A stretch of DNA of 64,000 bases from Minisyncoccota bacterium (GCA_041666915.1 JBAYFZ010000001.1:201086-265085); one strand, 5' to 3'. Positions 28,313-39,281 are shown, numbered from the stretch's first letter. Numbers and translations: made by a program. The notes: generated by a model not told the origin, from the sequence alone.

Positions 28313-29305
28313 ATGAAAAAATTAATTGACACGATGATTACTATATTCATCGTAACCATCCTTGCTTCCCTTGCGCTAGACGTAAGAGGAGCTGGTTCAA
28401 CATCCAGTATCGTCATAGATTCATCTGGGTTACCCAACAAACTGCCAATGGGTGACGAGTCAACATTCAAAAGTTATATCGTAGGTAAAAACAACCTCGG
28501 AATGAACGTCTGGGTTAGTTTGGGATTCCAAAATGATAATGATAATTGGACACCTTCCAGCTGTGGAAAATTTTCATATGGATACGATTCCTATGATGAT
28601 TTTCTAAATGATGTAACCAATGCTGCAGTGAAAGTACTTGAAAGATACTACACAAATGGTATAGCCTATCCTCCTGGGAGAAAGTTATACGCAATGCTTG
28701 AAGTTACATACTTCAACGACAGACCCGATACCCCATCATATCCAATAGGTCTATGGGTATACAGAGAGGTTGGTACTTTGGAAATGGTTACTCCTATGAC
28801 ATTCAAGGAAGTATTCTCTCTTCCATCAACTGCTACAACAAATCTAGTTGAAAAAGCAGTGATTGCAATACCCGCTCTTGAATATCTAAACATCACCGTA
28901 GAGATGCCAACCGGTGTAGGGACATTCAGTTGGTCCAATTCTGTCGTCAAAACTTCGGCATTGTGGCCAAGTAACCCTTCAAACCAAACAAGGCCTGGTT
29001 ATCTATCTATGGACAAATGGCTTTGTGTTGGCAATTATCCAGCAAGGATCACGATCAGGACAACCAACGGGTCGCTAGCGGTATACACTCATTATGGTGA
29101 CAGGATAAAACCGCCAAAAATGAGCATGCCTGACAGCAAAAATCTTGCAATCAATACCCCCAGAGGTTCAAATACTAAAATCTTTTCATCAACCGATTTG
29201 AAGAACTGGACATTGTTCGGTACTACAAATTCAGGTGGAGTAAATAACATTACACTACCAGTAAATGGCAACGGAAAGACGTTTTATAAGGCTTCTTGCG
29301 AGTAA
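28313..29305 (+). CDS. Secreted hypothetical protein with C-terminal SSTDLKNW...FYK motif
   Basis: Signal peptide, AGAAAGTGAG SD-like motif, TTGACT/TATACT promoter, ACCCTCA...TGAGGGT terminator. Confidence 0.8.
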   Translation: MKKLIDTMITIFIVTILASLALDVRGAGSTSSIVIDSSGLPNKLPMGDESTFKSYIVGKNNLGMNVWVSLGFQNDNDNWTPSSCGKFSYGYDSYDDFLNDVTNAAVKVLERYYTNGIAYPPGRKLYAMLEVTYFNDRPDTPSYPIGLWVYREVGTLEMVTPMTFKEVFSLPSTATTNLVEKAVIAIPALEYLNITVEMPTGVGTFSWSNSVVKTSALWPSNPSNQTRPGYLSMDKWLCVGNYPARITIRTTNGSLAVYTHYGDRIKPPKMSMPDSKNLAINTPRGSNTKIFSSTDLKNWTLFGTTNSGGVNNITLPVNGNGKTFYKASCE

Positions 29306-29381
29306 GATTGATTGTGAGCAAAATGTATGGAATACACAAACCCTCAACACGATGAATGTTGAGGGTCTTTTGTTAAAGACA

Positions 29382-32300
29382 TCAGAACGTTGTTTCTGCT
29401 TCACCTCCGAAAGAACTGAAAACATTCAAAATAGCTGTTGCAGTTTTTTCTGGATAGGTAACTTGATCGCCACCAGAAGTACAAGTAATCTTGAAAAGAT
29501 AAGTACCCCTAACCGAAGTATTCATACTACTTACATTAGAATTCGCATCTACATTATCATCTGTTAAAACACTACCCCATCCATCTGGATCATTAGAAAT
29601 TGAACGTGAACAATTGTAACCCTCTGTATTAGTAGGACTCCAAGCCGGTAAAGTATTTTGCCATGCCAAACCAAAGCTATATCCTTTCTTTACAGTATAT
29701 TCAGTCCTTTTGGAACTATCGGCAGTGCTACCATTACTACCAATCCAGAGATTGAGTACTGGTTCTACGACTGGTGTAGATATTCTTACATCTTGCCATG
29801 AACTACAGTTATTGGTTTCATCTGACTCTGTGACCGTGCCGGCAAAAGAAAAGTCTTGACTATCAGCACAGACTTTTACAGACTTGACACCATCTGAAGT
29901 AAAAGTATACCGGCCTAAGATAGGTGCATTTTCACCACTTCCCAAACCATCAGGAGAGATGGCTACCATAGGAATAACGTCCGCTACAGTACCACCACCA
30001 CTTGTCTGCTCTGCTACTTGGAAGAAGTTCCTAAATGAAGAATCTACACTGACACCACCAATATTTGAAATATTTGCATAAAAATAAATCAGCGAATCTT
30101 TAGCCCCACCAGAAGAAGTTAGCATGACCGCAGTAAGATCTGGTAATGAAGTTACAGGCGCAGTCACCTTCACTGAAGTCGTAGCATATTCAGTGGTACT
30201 CCAATACGTATCACTTTGTGGATAACCGGTAATTTGGGTGGTCTGTCTAATCGCAACATCTGCTATATAATCCCCTGCCGTAGGATAATTACAATAATAA
30301 ATATTTGACAAAGAACTGACACTCCATACAGGATCAGTATTATGGCATTTGAATGCGTAATACATATTGTTTACACCCCAAGATGAAGCTGTAAGTTTAA
30401 CATTAGTCATACCACCAACCTCTCCAGTGGAAGGCGTGGCAGACAAACTAGGAATAGCTATGTGAACATCGGTACTTGCATTAGCAGTACCCCCCGGTCC
30501 TATACAGGTCACACTAAATGAACTATCTGTATACATAGCACCAGTACCAGCAAAAATAGTATTATCATAATTATACGGTGACATAGTACCCGTTGGAATA
30601 AAATATCTGTCACATGATGTTGTATTTTGGGAAGAACCAAAGAAAAATGTTCCTTGACCCTTCAAAACATAACTAGGGTTGACTGTCATCTCAACCGTAG
30701 GAGGTGGGTTGGCCGTAACAGTTACAAAAGCGCGGTCTGAAGAAGGCCAAGGAACAGTCCATGTACAAGTCATATCAAAAGTAGTTGTTACATTCAGAAT
30801 ACTGGTCTGTAAACCGGTAGTATTGACAAGAGGTACTTCTGTACCTTTTGTATAAGGTGCAGGCCAATTATCACCTGCAAAACATTTGTCTGGATTTTGA
30901 CTAGTTGACCAAAACAGATTGGTGTAATTACCAGTGTTAACTGAACTAGGTGTAGCTGTTATGATAACATTTCCATTTGGAGGACTATTGACCAAAGTCA
31001 CCGTCACACTATCGCTTGCAGATCCTTCAGGACCAGTACAAGTTATTTCATAAGTCTTTGTAGCTGTTATAGGACCAGTACTTACACCAACATAATTTGA
31101 TGTACCAGTATAACTTGCTGGCCAAGAAGCTCCTGTAACACATGATGTGGTATTTTCAGATACCCAAGAAAGTTGGGATGAAGAATTGTAGGTCACCGAC
31201 AAAGGGTTTGCACTTAGATCAACAGTCGGGGTACCTGTAGGCGGAGGACTGGCTTGAGAAGAACCGACCGTGATGACTGTCACAGGCGTTGCAATTATTC
31301 CCGATTGCGTAACTTTGGCAGAAGCTGTATATGTACCATTTGTTGTATAAGTACAAGAAAAAGAATTTGAAGATTGTGAAAGACTCCACATATCAATATC
31401 CTTACATTTAAACTGATAAGTGATAGCACCGATAGCAGTTCCACCTGTACGTGTAGCGGTGAGAGTATTATCCAAAGTCGCACTACCACTAGAAGGACTT
31501 GCAACAAGAGACGCCGTGAGAGCTGGAGTATTAACATCAAAAGGAATAGCGTGTGTACCAAACTGATGTGGTAACCACTGCCACCCTACTCCATCTACAT
31601 AATCAAAAGTATTACCCCAATCTTGACCATTCAAAATATGAGAACCTGCAGTGACACCGTACGTATCATAAAAAATTAAATTACCTACACAAGAATAAAC
31701 AGCCTGAACCACACTTTCTTGAGGTCCACCATCAACATCCGCAGAAATACTTAGGGCTGTATTACTATTGAAATTACAACCACCACTAACATCAGATACG
31801 GATCCAGAAGCGATTATTGATTCTCCAAAATCATAAGTGGATTTATTGAGGCCTAGATTGTAAACATAAGTATAACCAGCAACGTTATAGATCTTTGTAT
31901 CTGCTTTAACCATATCCACACCACCAAACATATACAAACCAAAAACCAAAAATAATACAAATATACTTTTCAACTTTTTATTTATATGTACTCGCAACAT
32001 GATGACTATCATTATCAATATAAATCCAACAATTATTGTGATAGTTTCAGCTACAGGCCAACTGGCTTTTACTTCCACAGGCGTTGTTACTTTTGCTTCT
32101 TTCGTATCCAAGATTTGTGACTTGCCACCTGATTTGGCTTCAAAAGATATATTAGCCTTAGGATCATTACAACCTGTTACTATTGGTACAAGAGCATTGA
32201 TAACCAAATTGTTTACACCCATCATCTGTTGACCACAGACAACTCCTTCTCGGTTAGTTACAGTGACTTTGATTACTTGATTTTCAAGACTTGTACCAGC

Positions 32301-33257
32301 ACCCAAACGTGAATCTGGAAAAGTATCAGCCGATGGTGTCAAGAAAATTTGTAATTTTGCAGTATCTCCTGTTTTATATGAAGATTTGTCAAAAACGATA
32401 TTTTGAATAGTACCACTTGCACCACGTAGAACGTAATGGAATCTGGCTGTATTGGAAGTAGTGGTACTACTGGTCAATGAAAAAAGTAGATCGTATGATT
32501 GTGGTTGCAGAGCTTTTGGTAATTCAAATGACAATGTAGAGGTACCAGCTTTTACTGTAACTGCCGTGACTACAGGTTCAGTCTGATTTACTTTATTACC
32601 ATAAATAGTTCTGTTATAGGTTTCAAAAACTGGCTTGAGAATAGTAAAATCACTAAATATTTTACAGTTAGCTATCAATACCTCATTTTGATTTATATCT
32701 ACACCCTGATTTGGTTTATACCCTTTTTGTGGTTTTTCGCCTTTTACACTTAGACTACATGTGTCTGATATGATCTCAATTCTTGGTAGCTTGTTACTTT
32801 GCAAAGTGACATCTCCTAGACTTGCCAAAGCCAAAGGAAGACCTCTATCATTGTTACTTTTAATCCAGAGTTGATATATACCACCAGAAAGTGCTACTGG
32901 TGATGTATATATAATGTTTTTCTGAATTGTTTGATTTGGACCCAACTCTATAATTTCGTCGTATACCTTTTCATCTGCGGTACTTCCAAACGGAGGTTTA
33001 GTCAGTACTACAGAATATTTGATACCTGATTGAACTCCTTCGCGATTGGAGAGATCAAAAGAGAGCCTAAGGGTATTTTCTCTTTGAGAGACTATTCTGG
33101 CATTATAGATATTGACAGTAGCAACTGTAGCGCTGATCGCTTTTGAAGAAGTGGAGGTGTTGGACGGTATACTTTGCGCAGAGACGTCACTTCCAAAGAA
33201 CAATACACCTAATGTAAAGAATGCTAACGAGATATTCTTTTTCATTTCTATATTCAT
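29382..33257 (-). CDS. Large surface protein (Ig/PKD-like repeats, CARDB-like domain, internal TM pair)
   Basis: Signal peptide, S/T/G/P-rich beta repeats with Cys pairs, PDL...NIGG...VCAD...ESDETNN CARDB pattern. Confidence 0.85.
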   Translation of the reverse strand: MNIEMKKNISLAFFTLGVLFFGSDVSAQSIPSNTSTSSKAISATVATVNIYNARIVSQRENTLRLSFDLSNREGVQSGIKYSVVLTKPPFGSTADEKVYDEIIELGPNQTIQKNIIYTSPVALSGGIYQLWIKSNNDRGLPLALASLGDVTLQSNKLPRIEIISDTCSLSVKGEKPQKGYKPNQGVDINQNEVLIANCKIFSDFTILKPVFETYNRTIYGNKVNQTEPVVTAVTVKAGTSTLSFELPKALQPQSYDLLFSLTSSTTTSNTARFHYVLRGASGTIQNIVFDKSSYKTGDTAKLQIFLTPSADTFPDSRLGAGTSLENQVIKVTVTNREGVVCGQQMMGVNNLVINALVPIVTGCNDPKANISFEAKSGGKSQILDTKEAKVTTPVEVKASWPVAETITIIVGFILIMIVIMLRVHINKKLKSIFVLFLVFGLYMFGGVDMVKADTKIYNVAGYTYVYNLGLNKSTYDFGESIIASGSVSDVSGGCNFNSNTALSISADVDGGPQESVVQAVYSCVGNLIFYDTYGVTAGSHILNGQDWGNTFDYVDGVGWQWLPHQFGTHAIPFDVNTPALTASLVASPSSGSATLDNTLTATRTGGTAIGAITYQFKCKDIDMWSLSQSSNSFSCTYTTNGTYTASAKVTQSGIIATPVTVITVGSSQASPPPTGTPTVDLSANPLSVTYNSSSQLSWVSENTTSCVTGASWPASYTGTSNYVGVSTGPITATKTYEITCTGPEGSASDSVTVTLVNSPPNGNVIITATPSSVNTGNYTNLFWSTSQNPDKCFAGDNWPAPYTKGTEVPLVNTTGLQTSILNVTTTFDMTCTWTVPWPSSDRAFVTVTANPPPTVEMTVNPSYVLKGQGTFFFGSSQNTTSCDRYFIPTGTMSPYNYDNTIFAGTGAMYTDSSFSVTCIGPGGTANASTDVHIAIPSLSATPSTGEVGGMTNVKLTASSWGVNNMYYAFKCHNTDPVWSVSSLSNIYYCNYPTAGDYIADVAIRQTTQITGYPQSDTYWSTTEYATTSVKVTAPVTSLPDLTAVMLTSSGGAKDSLIYFYANISNIGGVSVDSSFRNFFQVAEQTSGGGTVADVIPMVAISPDGLGSGENAPILGRYTFTSDGVKSVKVCADSQDFSFAGTVTESDETNNCSSWQDVRISTPVVEPVLNLWIGSNGSTADSSKRTEYTVKKGYSFGLAWQNTLPAWSPTNTEGYNCSRSISNDPDGWGSVLTDDNVDANSNVSSMNTSVRGTYLFKITCTSGGDQVTYPEKTATAILNVFSSFGGEAETTF

Positions 33258-33300
33258 ATATTTTACCTCGATTCAACTCCAATTGTGAACAATGAAATAA

Positions 33301-34581
33301 TCATCTCTCCCCGCCACCACCCGAGGAACTGATCACTTCCAACACAGCTGAAGCTGTTTGTGTATCATCGGGACTTCCTCCTTTATTTTCACATAGTATC
33401 TTAAAGACGTATGTACCAGTATCTGTGGTATTCATTGGAGAGAAAGTTCTACCATCAGAATTGACATTACCATCCCACACAGAAGACCAATTAGAACCAC
33501 TAGCAGTTGGTATCAAAGTATTACACTGGTAACCTTTACCAGTATTTTGATTGAATTTTGGATTTAATGCATTACCCCATTTCAAACCAAAGGTATAACC
33601 TTTCTTAACTGTATATGAATTTTTATTGGCACTATTACCGGTACCGCCAATCCAGAGATTGAGTAAAGAATCCGTAGTGGTAATCTCTTTTGTAGGTGTT
33701 GACGTTACACCCTCTCGTACAACCTTTGCTGAAGCTGTGTAATTACCAATATCTAGACCGGAATAATCACAATCTGCATAAACTTTGAAAGTATCTGTGG
33801 TAGTAATAGGGGTACTCCATGAAGAATCTGTTTCCTTACATTTGAATTGATAAGTGATGGGACCTACAGCCGTACCACCAGAAACACTAACAATGAATGT
33901 TCTACGGAGACTCCTCAAGCCTATCTGATAATCAACAGTCATGACCGTACTCAAAGTTGGAGTTGAGACTGGATTTGGAGTAAGTGGCAACGATGAATAA
34001 TCTGGATTGAATTGCAACCAACCGATAACATTTCCTCCCCAAGCATATCCGCGTAACATCTTGGTTGAAGCACCACCAACAATAACATCGTCCATATGTA
34101 CGCCCGATGATCCTCCGGCAGTAGAAGGATGATTTGCTCCTGCCAACTCTATCCAACCATCCCAACCATCAGTCCTACTGACCATACTGCTACAATCACC
34201 ATTTGCTGTACCTGCACAAGCACGTGCCCAACCTCTCACTTCTCCAGTCGTTGAATCTATATTTGCAGGAACTCCAGAAGCACCATTTGAAGGATAGCCT
34301 GATAAACCACCAAATTTTATCCAACCAATGTTAGACGACCAAGCGTAACCCGTGATATCACCACTCACCGAACCAACAACTACGGGAGTATTGTTCGGAG
34401 CAAGATCCACCCAACCGATATTTGACGACCAAGCCCAATTTCCTAAACTAACAGAATCTGCCCTAACAGATGTAGCAGGTTTTGTGATAATAGTAAGAAT
34501 CGTAACCGTAATAAACAAAATCAATACTGTCGTAATGGTAGCTAAGACATTTCTCCTCATTATTGAAGTGTTATTAGGCAT
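33301..34581 (-). CDS. Secreted surface protein with GYAWSSNIGW repeats
   Basis: WAWSSNIGWV, GYAWSSNIGWI, GWARAC, GWDGWI repeats; C-terminal domain shared with the neighbouring gene. Confidence 0.85.
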   Translation of the reverse strand: MPNNTSIMRRNVLATITTVLILFITVTILTIITKPATSVRADSVSLGNWAWSSNIGWVDLAPNNTPVVVGSVSGDITGYAWSSNIGWIKFGGLSGYPSNGASGVPANIDSTTGEVRGWARACAGTANGDCSSMVSRTDGWDGWIELAGANHPSTAGGSSGVHMDDVIVGGASTKMLRGYAWGGNVIGWLQFNPDYSSLPLTPNPVSTPTLSTVMTVDYQIGLRSLRRTFIVSVSGGTAVGPITYQFKCKETDSSWSTPITTTDTFKVYADCDYSGLDIGNYTASAKVVREGVTSTPTKEITTTDSLLNLWIGGTGNSANKNSYTVKKGYTFGLKWGNALNPKFNQNTGKGYQCNTLIPTASGSNWSSVWDGNVNSDGRTFSPMNTTDTGTYVFKILCENKGGSPDDTQTASAVLEVISSSGGGGER

Positions 34582-34689
34582 AAGAATCTATATTTTTTAA
34601 AAAATTAAAAGAAATAATATCATGTCAATAATAACATTATTACGCACCACCAACAAAGTCATTTGGGGATAAGTATGGCTTTATTTGGG

Positions 34690-35712
34690 CTATTTTTCTA
34701 ATTTTAAATATTCTTTTACAACCTTTTCAACTTCTTTAGAATTCTTACAATTCATAAGTTCAACACGAAGCTCTTTTGCACCATCCCAACCAGAAACATA
34801 AGCTTTGAAGTGTTTCTTCATAACATCAAAATTCTTCATCTTGACACTACCCTTTTTGAAAGTTTTTTCAAAGAGTTTTGTATGTTCAACCATGATTTTT
34901 AACCGAACCTGTTTTGTTGGCGTCTTTTCTGAAGAAAAATCAGTAATTTCACTAAATTTTGGATCCTTGGAAAAAAACCATGGTCTACCAAATATGCCCC
35001 GACCGATCATAACTCCATCACAACCATACTTTCTGACCATTTCTTGTGCCATTTCTAGAGAATTAACATCTCCATTTCCTATTATCAAAGTCTCTGGAGA
35101 TATTTCATTTCTCATTTTAATAATCTCTGGCATAACATCCCAATGAGCTTTCACCAAAGATAACTCTTTTGTAGTGCGCAGATGAACAGTTAGAGCTGGA
35201 AGCTTTTGCTCCAAAAGCAATCTAATCCAATCCAAATCTATTTTTGTATAACCAATCCTAGTTTTAACTGAAATTGGGATAGAAGATCCTTCCCTAGCCA
35301 TTTTTAGTACTTCAAGAGCTATTTTTGAATTTTTAATCAATGAAGATCCGCCTCCTTGTTTCAAAACTGCCCGATCTGGGCAACCCATGTTGAGATCCAA
35401 ACCATCAAAACCAAGTTTACTAACCAATTCTGCAGTACCCTTCATGACTTCTGGATGTCCTGTAAAAAGTTGAGCTACAATAGGTTTTTCTTTCTTAGAA
35501 AATTCCAAATTATGTAACAATTGTTTCCTCCCTTTGGACATGAGTCCATCTGCTGAGACGAATTCTGTCCACATAACATCAGGTTTACCGTACTTAGCTA
35601 TCATCTGGCGAAAAGCGTAATCTGTAACATTGGCCATTGGTGCTAACACAAAAAACGGCTTACCCAAGCCTTTCCAGAAGTTCTTCTCTTTTTTCTTATC
35701 CAAAACCTTCAT
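34690..35712 (-). CDS. dus: tRNA-dihydrouridine synthase
   Basis: LAPMANVTD, DLNMGCP, SVKTRIG, IGNGDV, GVMIGRG. Confidence 0.95.
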   Translation of the reverse strand: MKVLDKKKEKNFWKGLGKPFFVLAPMANVTDYAFRQMIAKYGKPDVMWTEFVSADGLMSKGRKQLLHNLEFSKKEKPIVAQLFTGHPEVMKGTAELVSKLGFDGLDLNMGCPDRAVLKQGGGSSLIKNSKIALEVLKMAREGSSIPISVKTRIGYTKIDLDWIRLLLEQKLPALTVHLRTTKELSLVKAHWDVMPEIIKMRNEISPETLIIGNGDVNSLEMAQEMVRKYGCDGVMIGRGIFGRPWFFSKDPKFSEITDFSSEKTPTKQVRLKIMVEHTKLFEKTFKKGSVKMKNFDVMKKHFKAYVSGWDGAKELRVELMNCKNSKEVEKVVKEYLKLEK

Positions 35713-35787
35713 AGTCAACTCACTTTACCGTTTTTGACGAATAATGGGAAGGAATGTTAGTAGTGCAAAGTTGCAAATTTTTTTGTT

Positions 35788-35930
35788 GTCATTCCCGCGA
35801 AGGCGATTTAGTAAAATCATGTCGTATGGACCGGTGAATCCAGGATTACTACGAGATAATAGTTTGTTATAATTTATTTGAAGACAGATTTTGTGGTGAC
35901 ATCCTGGATTCCCGCCTTCGCGGGAATGAC
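35788..35930. repeat. dRS3-like REP doublet, copy 3, with 30-bp insertion (35806-35835)
   Basis: Same insertion as copy 2 with 3 substitutions: atttagtaaaatcatgtcgtatggaccggt. Confidence 0.9.
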
Positions 35931-35938
35931 ACGCAACA

Positions 35939-36901
35939 TTATTCCGAAATCTTCGCCAACAACTTAACTACATCCCCATCTCTCGCATTACTTCCCAAAA
36001 CGATGACGGCATAAACATCTTTTTTATCACCCATCTCAAACAACATTGCACCAGTTTGATCCGCTTCATCTGTATAACCATTTTTACCACCTAAATAATT
36101 TGACCAACTTAAAAAATGTGCTGGATTCGTCCAAGTATGTGAACGCATAACTTTTGTCTTTGTTTCTGTAATCGCCATTATTTCCGGTTCATTGATTCGT
36201 ATCCAATCTAGTATGACTGCAATATCATTTACCGTTGATCTACTACTAGCCGACAAACCAGAAGGTTCGTAGAATGTAGTCCTATACGCACCTATAGATT
36301 GAACAAAATCATTCATAGTTTTAATAAATTTCACACGACCGTAACTTTTGGCCAGAGCTTCAGCCGCATCATTGGAAGAATCCATGAGGAGTGGGTAGGA
36401 CAAATCACCAGCCCTAAATGTTTCGCCAATTTTAAATTGAGCAGTATTACCGTAAGTGTTGATTATTTCTCTTGTAATCTGAACCTTTGTCTCACCGTCA
36501 ATCAATCTTTTGGCAACAACAGCGGTAACCAATTTCGTAAGTGAAGCGATAGGTAAAAGCTTGTTGGGATTGCTTTCTGCAATAACTTTTCCTGTTTTTA
36601 GATCTTTTACCATATAAGCATCTGCTGAAATGGTATTTATAGAGCCATTTGGTAATGAAAGCGTCGCTGCTGACATCAAACCTTCTTCTTCACTAGCTGT
36701 ATAACGGACTGTACGTTTCAAGCCAGAGATAGAAGTCCCATCTATGGGTTGAGATACAATAGAATCGGCAAGAAACGATAGATTAATATTTGCTAGTTTG
36801 GGTATAACCGATACAACAAACAATCTTCCTACAAAGGCAATCAGAATACCACAAGCAACAGCAGTTATACCTCCAAAAACTACATAAAAGAAATGCTTCA
36901 T
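35939..36901 (-). CDS. D-alanyl-D-alanine carboxypeptidase (peptidase S11)
   Basis: ASLTK (SxxK), SSN, GGKNG motifs; N-terminal TM. Confidence 0.9.
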   Translation of the reverse strand: MKHFFYVVFGGITAVACGILIAFVGRLFVVSVIPKLANINLSFLADSIVSQPIDGTSISGLKRTVRYTASEEEGLMSAATLSLPNGSINTISADAYMVKDLKTGKVIAESNPNKLLPIASLTKLVTAVVAKRLIDGETKVQITREIINTYGNTAQFKIGETFRAGDLSYPLLMDSSNDAAEALAKSYGRVKFIKTMNDFVQSIGAYRTTFYEPSGLSASSRSTVNDIAVILDWIRINEPEIMAITETKTKVMRSHTWTNPAHFLSWSNYLGGKNGYTDEADQTGAMLFEMGDKKDVYAVIVLGSNARDGDVVKLLAKISE

Positions 36902-36911
36902 TGGAAGTATT

Positions 36912-37775
36912 CTACTTTATCTCACGATAAAAGACATTAGATCCATACCTAATATCTATATACTCCATATTAATATTCTTGGTCACCACCATACGATTCC
37001 AGAAAGAAATGAGATTTGAGAGTTGGTCTTTCAGTGGACGAAATCCATTAAAATAAACAACCGTGTCATTTGCATACATCTCATATTCACCATTATCTTT
37101 AACGAGGATAGCGAGTACTTTTATACCAGCATTACGTGCTCCATTATAAAAATCTTGCAAAAGAGAAAATTTGAGAGAAGAAGTAGCATATAAACCAATA
37201 ACAGAATCGCTGGATGTGGCAATTTCTGATAGAGCTGGAATAAAATAACGATTGTAAACTAAACTCGAAGAAGATACTTTATCAAAAATATAACCAGACC
37301 AATCTGCCAGATAACAATCATCAGTTTCATTCAAATAAAATGTCTCGTCAGAAAAATCAGGTAATCCAGCACAAACAATAGCTGAAGGATTCTTTTCTAT
37401 AACATCAATCTTTAATCCCTGAAAACCGTCACGACTTATCGTCAATGATTTTACGCTTGGCAAAACTTTTTCTATTGAAGAAACAACTTTATTATGCGGG
37501 TATATAAAAATATTTGATTTAGAAAACAATCCCATATATGAACCCTGCAATGAATCCTTGGCCAAAGCTTGTAGAGGTACAGAAATATTGATATTGGCAC
37601 TATTTACTCTTATATCTTTAATAGTAAAAACATTCAGATAACTCAAACCCGAGAAACAATACAGCCATAAAGCTATACAAAAAATGGAGAGGGCGATCTC
37701 AATAGTAACGCGAGCATTCTTGCGTTCAATAAACTTTTTTGATTGATAGGAAGTAAGACGACTGTGAGGACGCAT
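36912..37775 (-). CDS. FtsQ/DivIB-like cell division protein
   Basis: Basic N-tail, single TM, POTRA-like region, C-terminal YIDIRYG. Confidence 0.65.
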   Translation of the reverse strand: MRPHSRLTSYQSKKFIERKNARVTIEIALSIFCIALWLYCFSGLSYLNVFTIKDIRVNSANINISVPLQALAKDSLQGSYMGLFSKSNIFIYPHNKVVSSIEKVLPSVKSLTISRDGFQGLKIDVIEKNPSAIVCAGLPDFSDETFYLNETDDCYLADWSGYIFDKVSSSSLVYNRYFIPALSEIATSSDSVIGLYATSSLKFSLLQDFYNGARNAGIKVLAILVKDNGEYEMYANDTVVYFNGFRPLKDQLSNLISFWNRMVVTKNINMEYIDIRYGSNVFYREIK

Positions 37776-37823
37776 GAAGTAATAATAACACAGTAATTTG
37801 TGTCACCTGTCATGCTTTTTGTT

Positions 37824-37942
37824 GTCATTCCCGCGAAGGCGGGAATCCAGGATTATTACGAGCGGAGAGTCTGTTAAATTATTTTAAAATATATGCTATT
37901 TATTGTGGTTATATCCTGGATTCCCGCCTTCGCGGGAATGAC
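37824..37942. repeat. dRS3-like REP doublet, copy 4
   Basis: Inverted GTCATTCCCGCGAAGGCGGGAATCCAGGAT arms, just past the serS stop. Confidence 0.95.
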
Positions 37943-37949
37943 AGCGCAG

Positions 37950-39218
37950 TTATTCTAATCTGATTGAATCTTTCCCAAAATACTTGACCAAGACTTCTGG
38001 AATCTTGATACTACCGTCAGCTTGTTGATAATTTTCTACGAGAGAAACGAGAATACGAGGCGTAGGAATAGCAGTTGAATTTAATGAATGTGCATAACGC
38101 ATAACACCTTCTGTGTCACGGTACTTTATATTGAGTCTGCGAGTCTGAAAATCGTGGAAATATGAAGCTGAACCAATTTCGCGATACTTTTGTTCTTTTG
38201 GAACCCAAAGTTCAACATCGTATTTCTTAACCTGACCTTGACCAAGATCACCACCGCAATTGACTACAGTATGATAAGGAATATTCAAAGATTCAATGAA
38301 TTCTTCAATATTTCTATTGACCTCTTCATGATGCTTGACTGATGTCTCATGGTTGGCTTCACAGATGATAACTTGTTCAAACTTATAAAATTCCTGAACT
38401 CTAATAAGTCCCCGAACATCTTTGCCGTGCGCACCAGCTTCGCGACGATAACAAGGAGAAAATCCCAAATATTTTTTTGGAAGTTCACTTGCAGTAAAAA
38501 CTTCGTCACTATGAAAACCCATGATAGGAACTTCAGCTGTACCAGCTAGATAGTCACCATCTTGAGTCTTGTAAAGATCTTCTTCGCCTTGTGGCAAATA
38601 TCCTGAACCGAGAAAATTGAGCTTACGCAAGACAATAGGAGGAATGATCGGATTAAATCCTTTTTTACTAAAAAATTCCAAGGCATAATTCCAAATAGCA
38701 AAAGATAATCTTGCACCATCACCCATGAGAAAATATCCACGAAAACCGTGAACTTTTGCTCCCCTATCAAAATCAACCATCTTCAAATTTGTCATAAGGT
38801 CAACATGATCCTTTGGTTCAAAAGGAAATTTTGGACATTCACCCCAAGTCTTGATCTCTTTGTTATCAGCATCACTATCTCCTTCTGGTACAGACATATC
38901 GGGAATATTTGGAACACGAAGCATAGCAGATTGCCAATCCTTCATAACTTCTTTCAAAGCCTCTTCATCTTTTTCCATAGCAGTCTTTACAATCTTCATC
39001 TCATCAATGAGTTTTTGTCTTTCTTCTGGAGATTTTGCACTAGCAATCTTTTCGCTAGCGGAATTTTGCTCGGCACGACGCTTTTCCGTAGAACCCATGA
39101 GTAAACGACGTTTGTCATCTAGAGCAATAAGTTCTTCAACTACAAAATTGAGATGCTTCTTTTTTGCAGCTGCAGTTATAAGCTCTTTGTTCTCACGTAT
39201 AAATTTGATGTCTAACAT
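37950..39218 (-). CDS. serS: Serine--tRNA ligase
   Basis: MLDIKFIREN coiled-coil arm, GTAEVP, CYRREAG, HSLNSTA.TPR, ENYQ. Confidence 0.97.
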   Translation of the reverse strand: MLDIKFIRENKELITAAAKKKHLNFVVEELIALDDKRRLLMGSTEKRRAEQNSASEKIASAKSPEERQKLIDEMKIVKTAMEKDEEALKEVMKDWQSAMLRVPNIPDMSVPEGDSDADNKEIKTWGECPKFPFEPKDHVDLMTNLKMVDFDRGAKVHGFRGYFLMGDGARLSFAIWNYALEFFSKKGFNPIIPPIVLRKLNFLGSGYLPQGEEDLYKTQDGDYLAGTAEVPIMGFHSDEVFTASELPKKYLGFSPCYRREAGAHGKDVRGLIRVQEFYKFEQVIICEANHETSVKHHEEVNRNIEEFIESLNIPYHTVVNCGGDLGQGQVKKYDVELWVPKEQKYREIGSASYFHDFQTRRLNIKYRDTEGVMRYAHSLNSTAIPTPRILVSLVENYQQADGSIKIPEVLVKYFGKDSIRLE

Positions 39219-39281
39219 AATAATTAAGTCTAACATAATGAGGTCAGACCTAACAAATAGCGATATCCAACCTAGCTAAAT

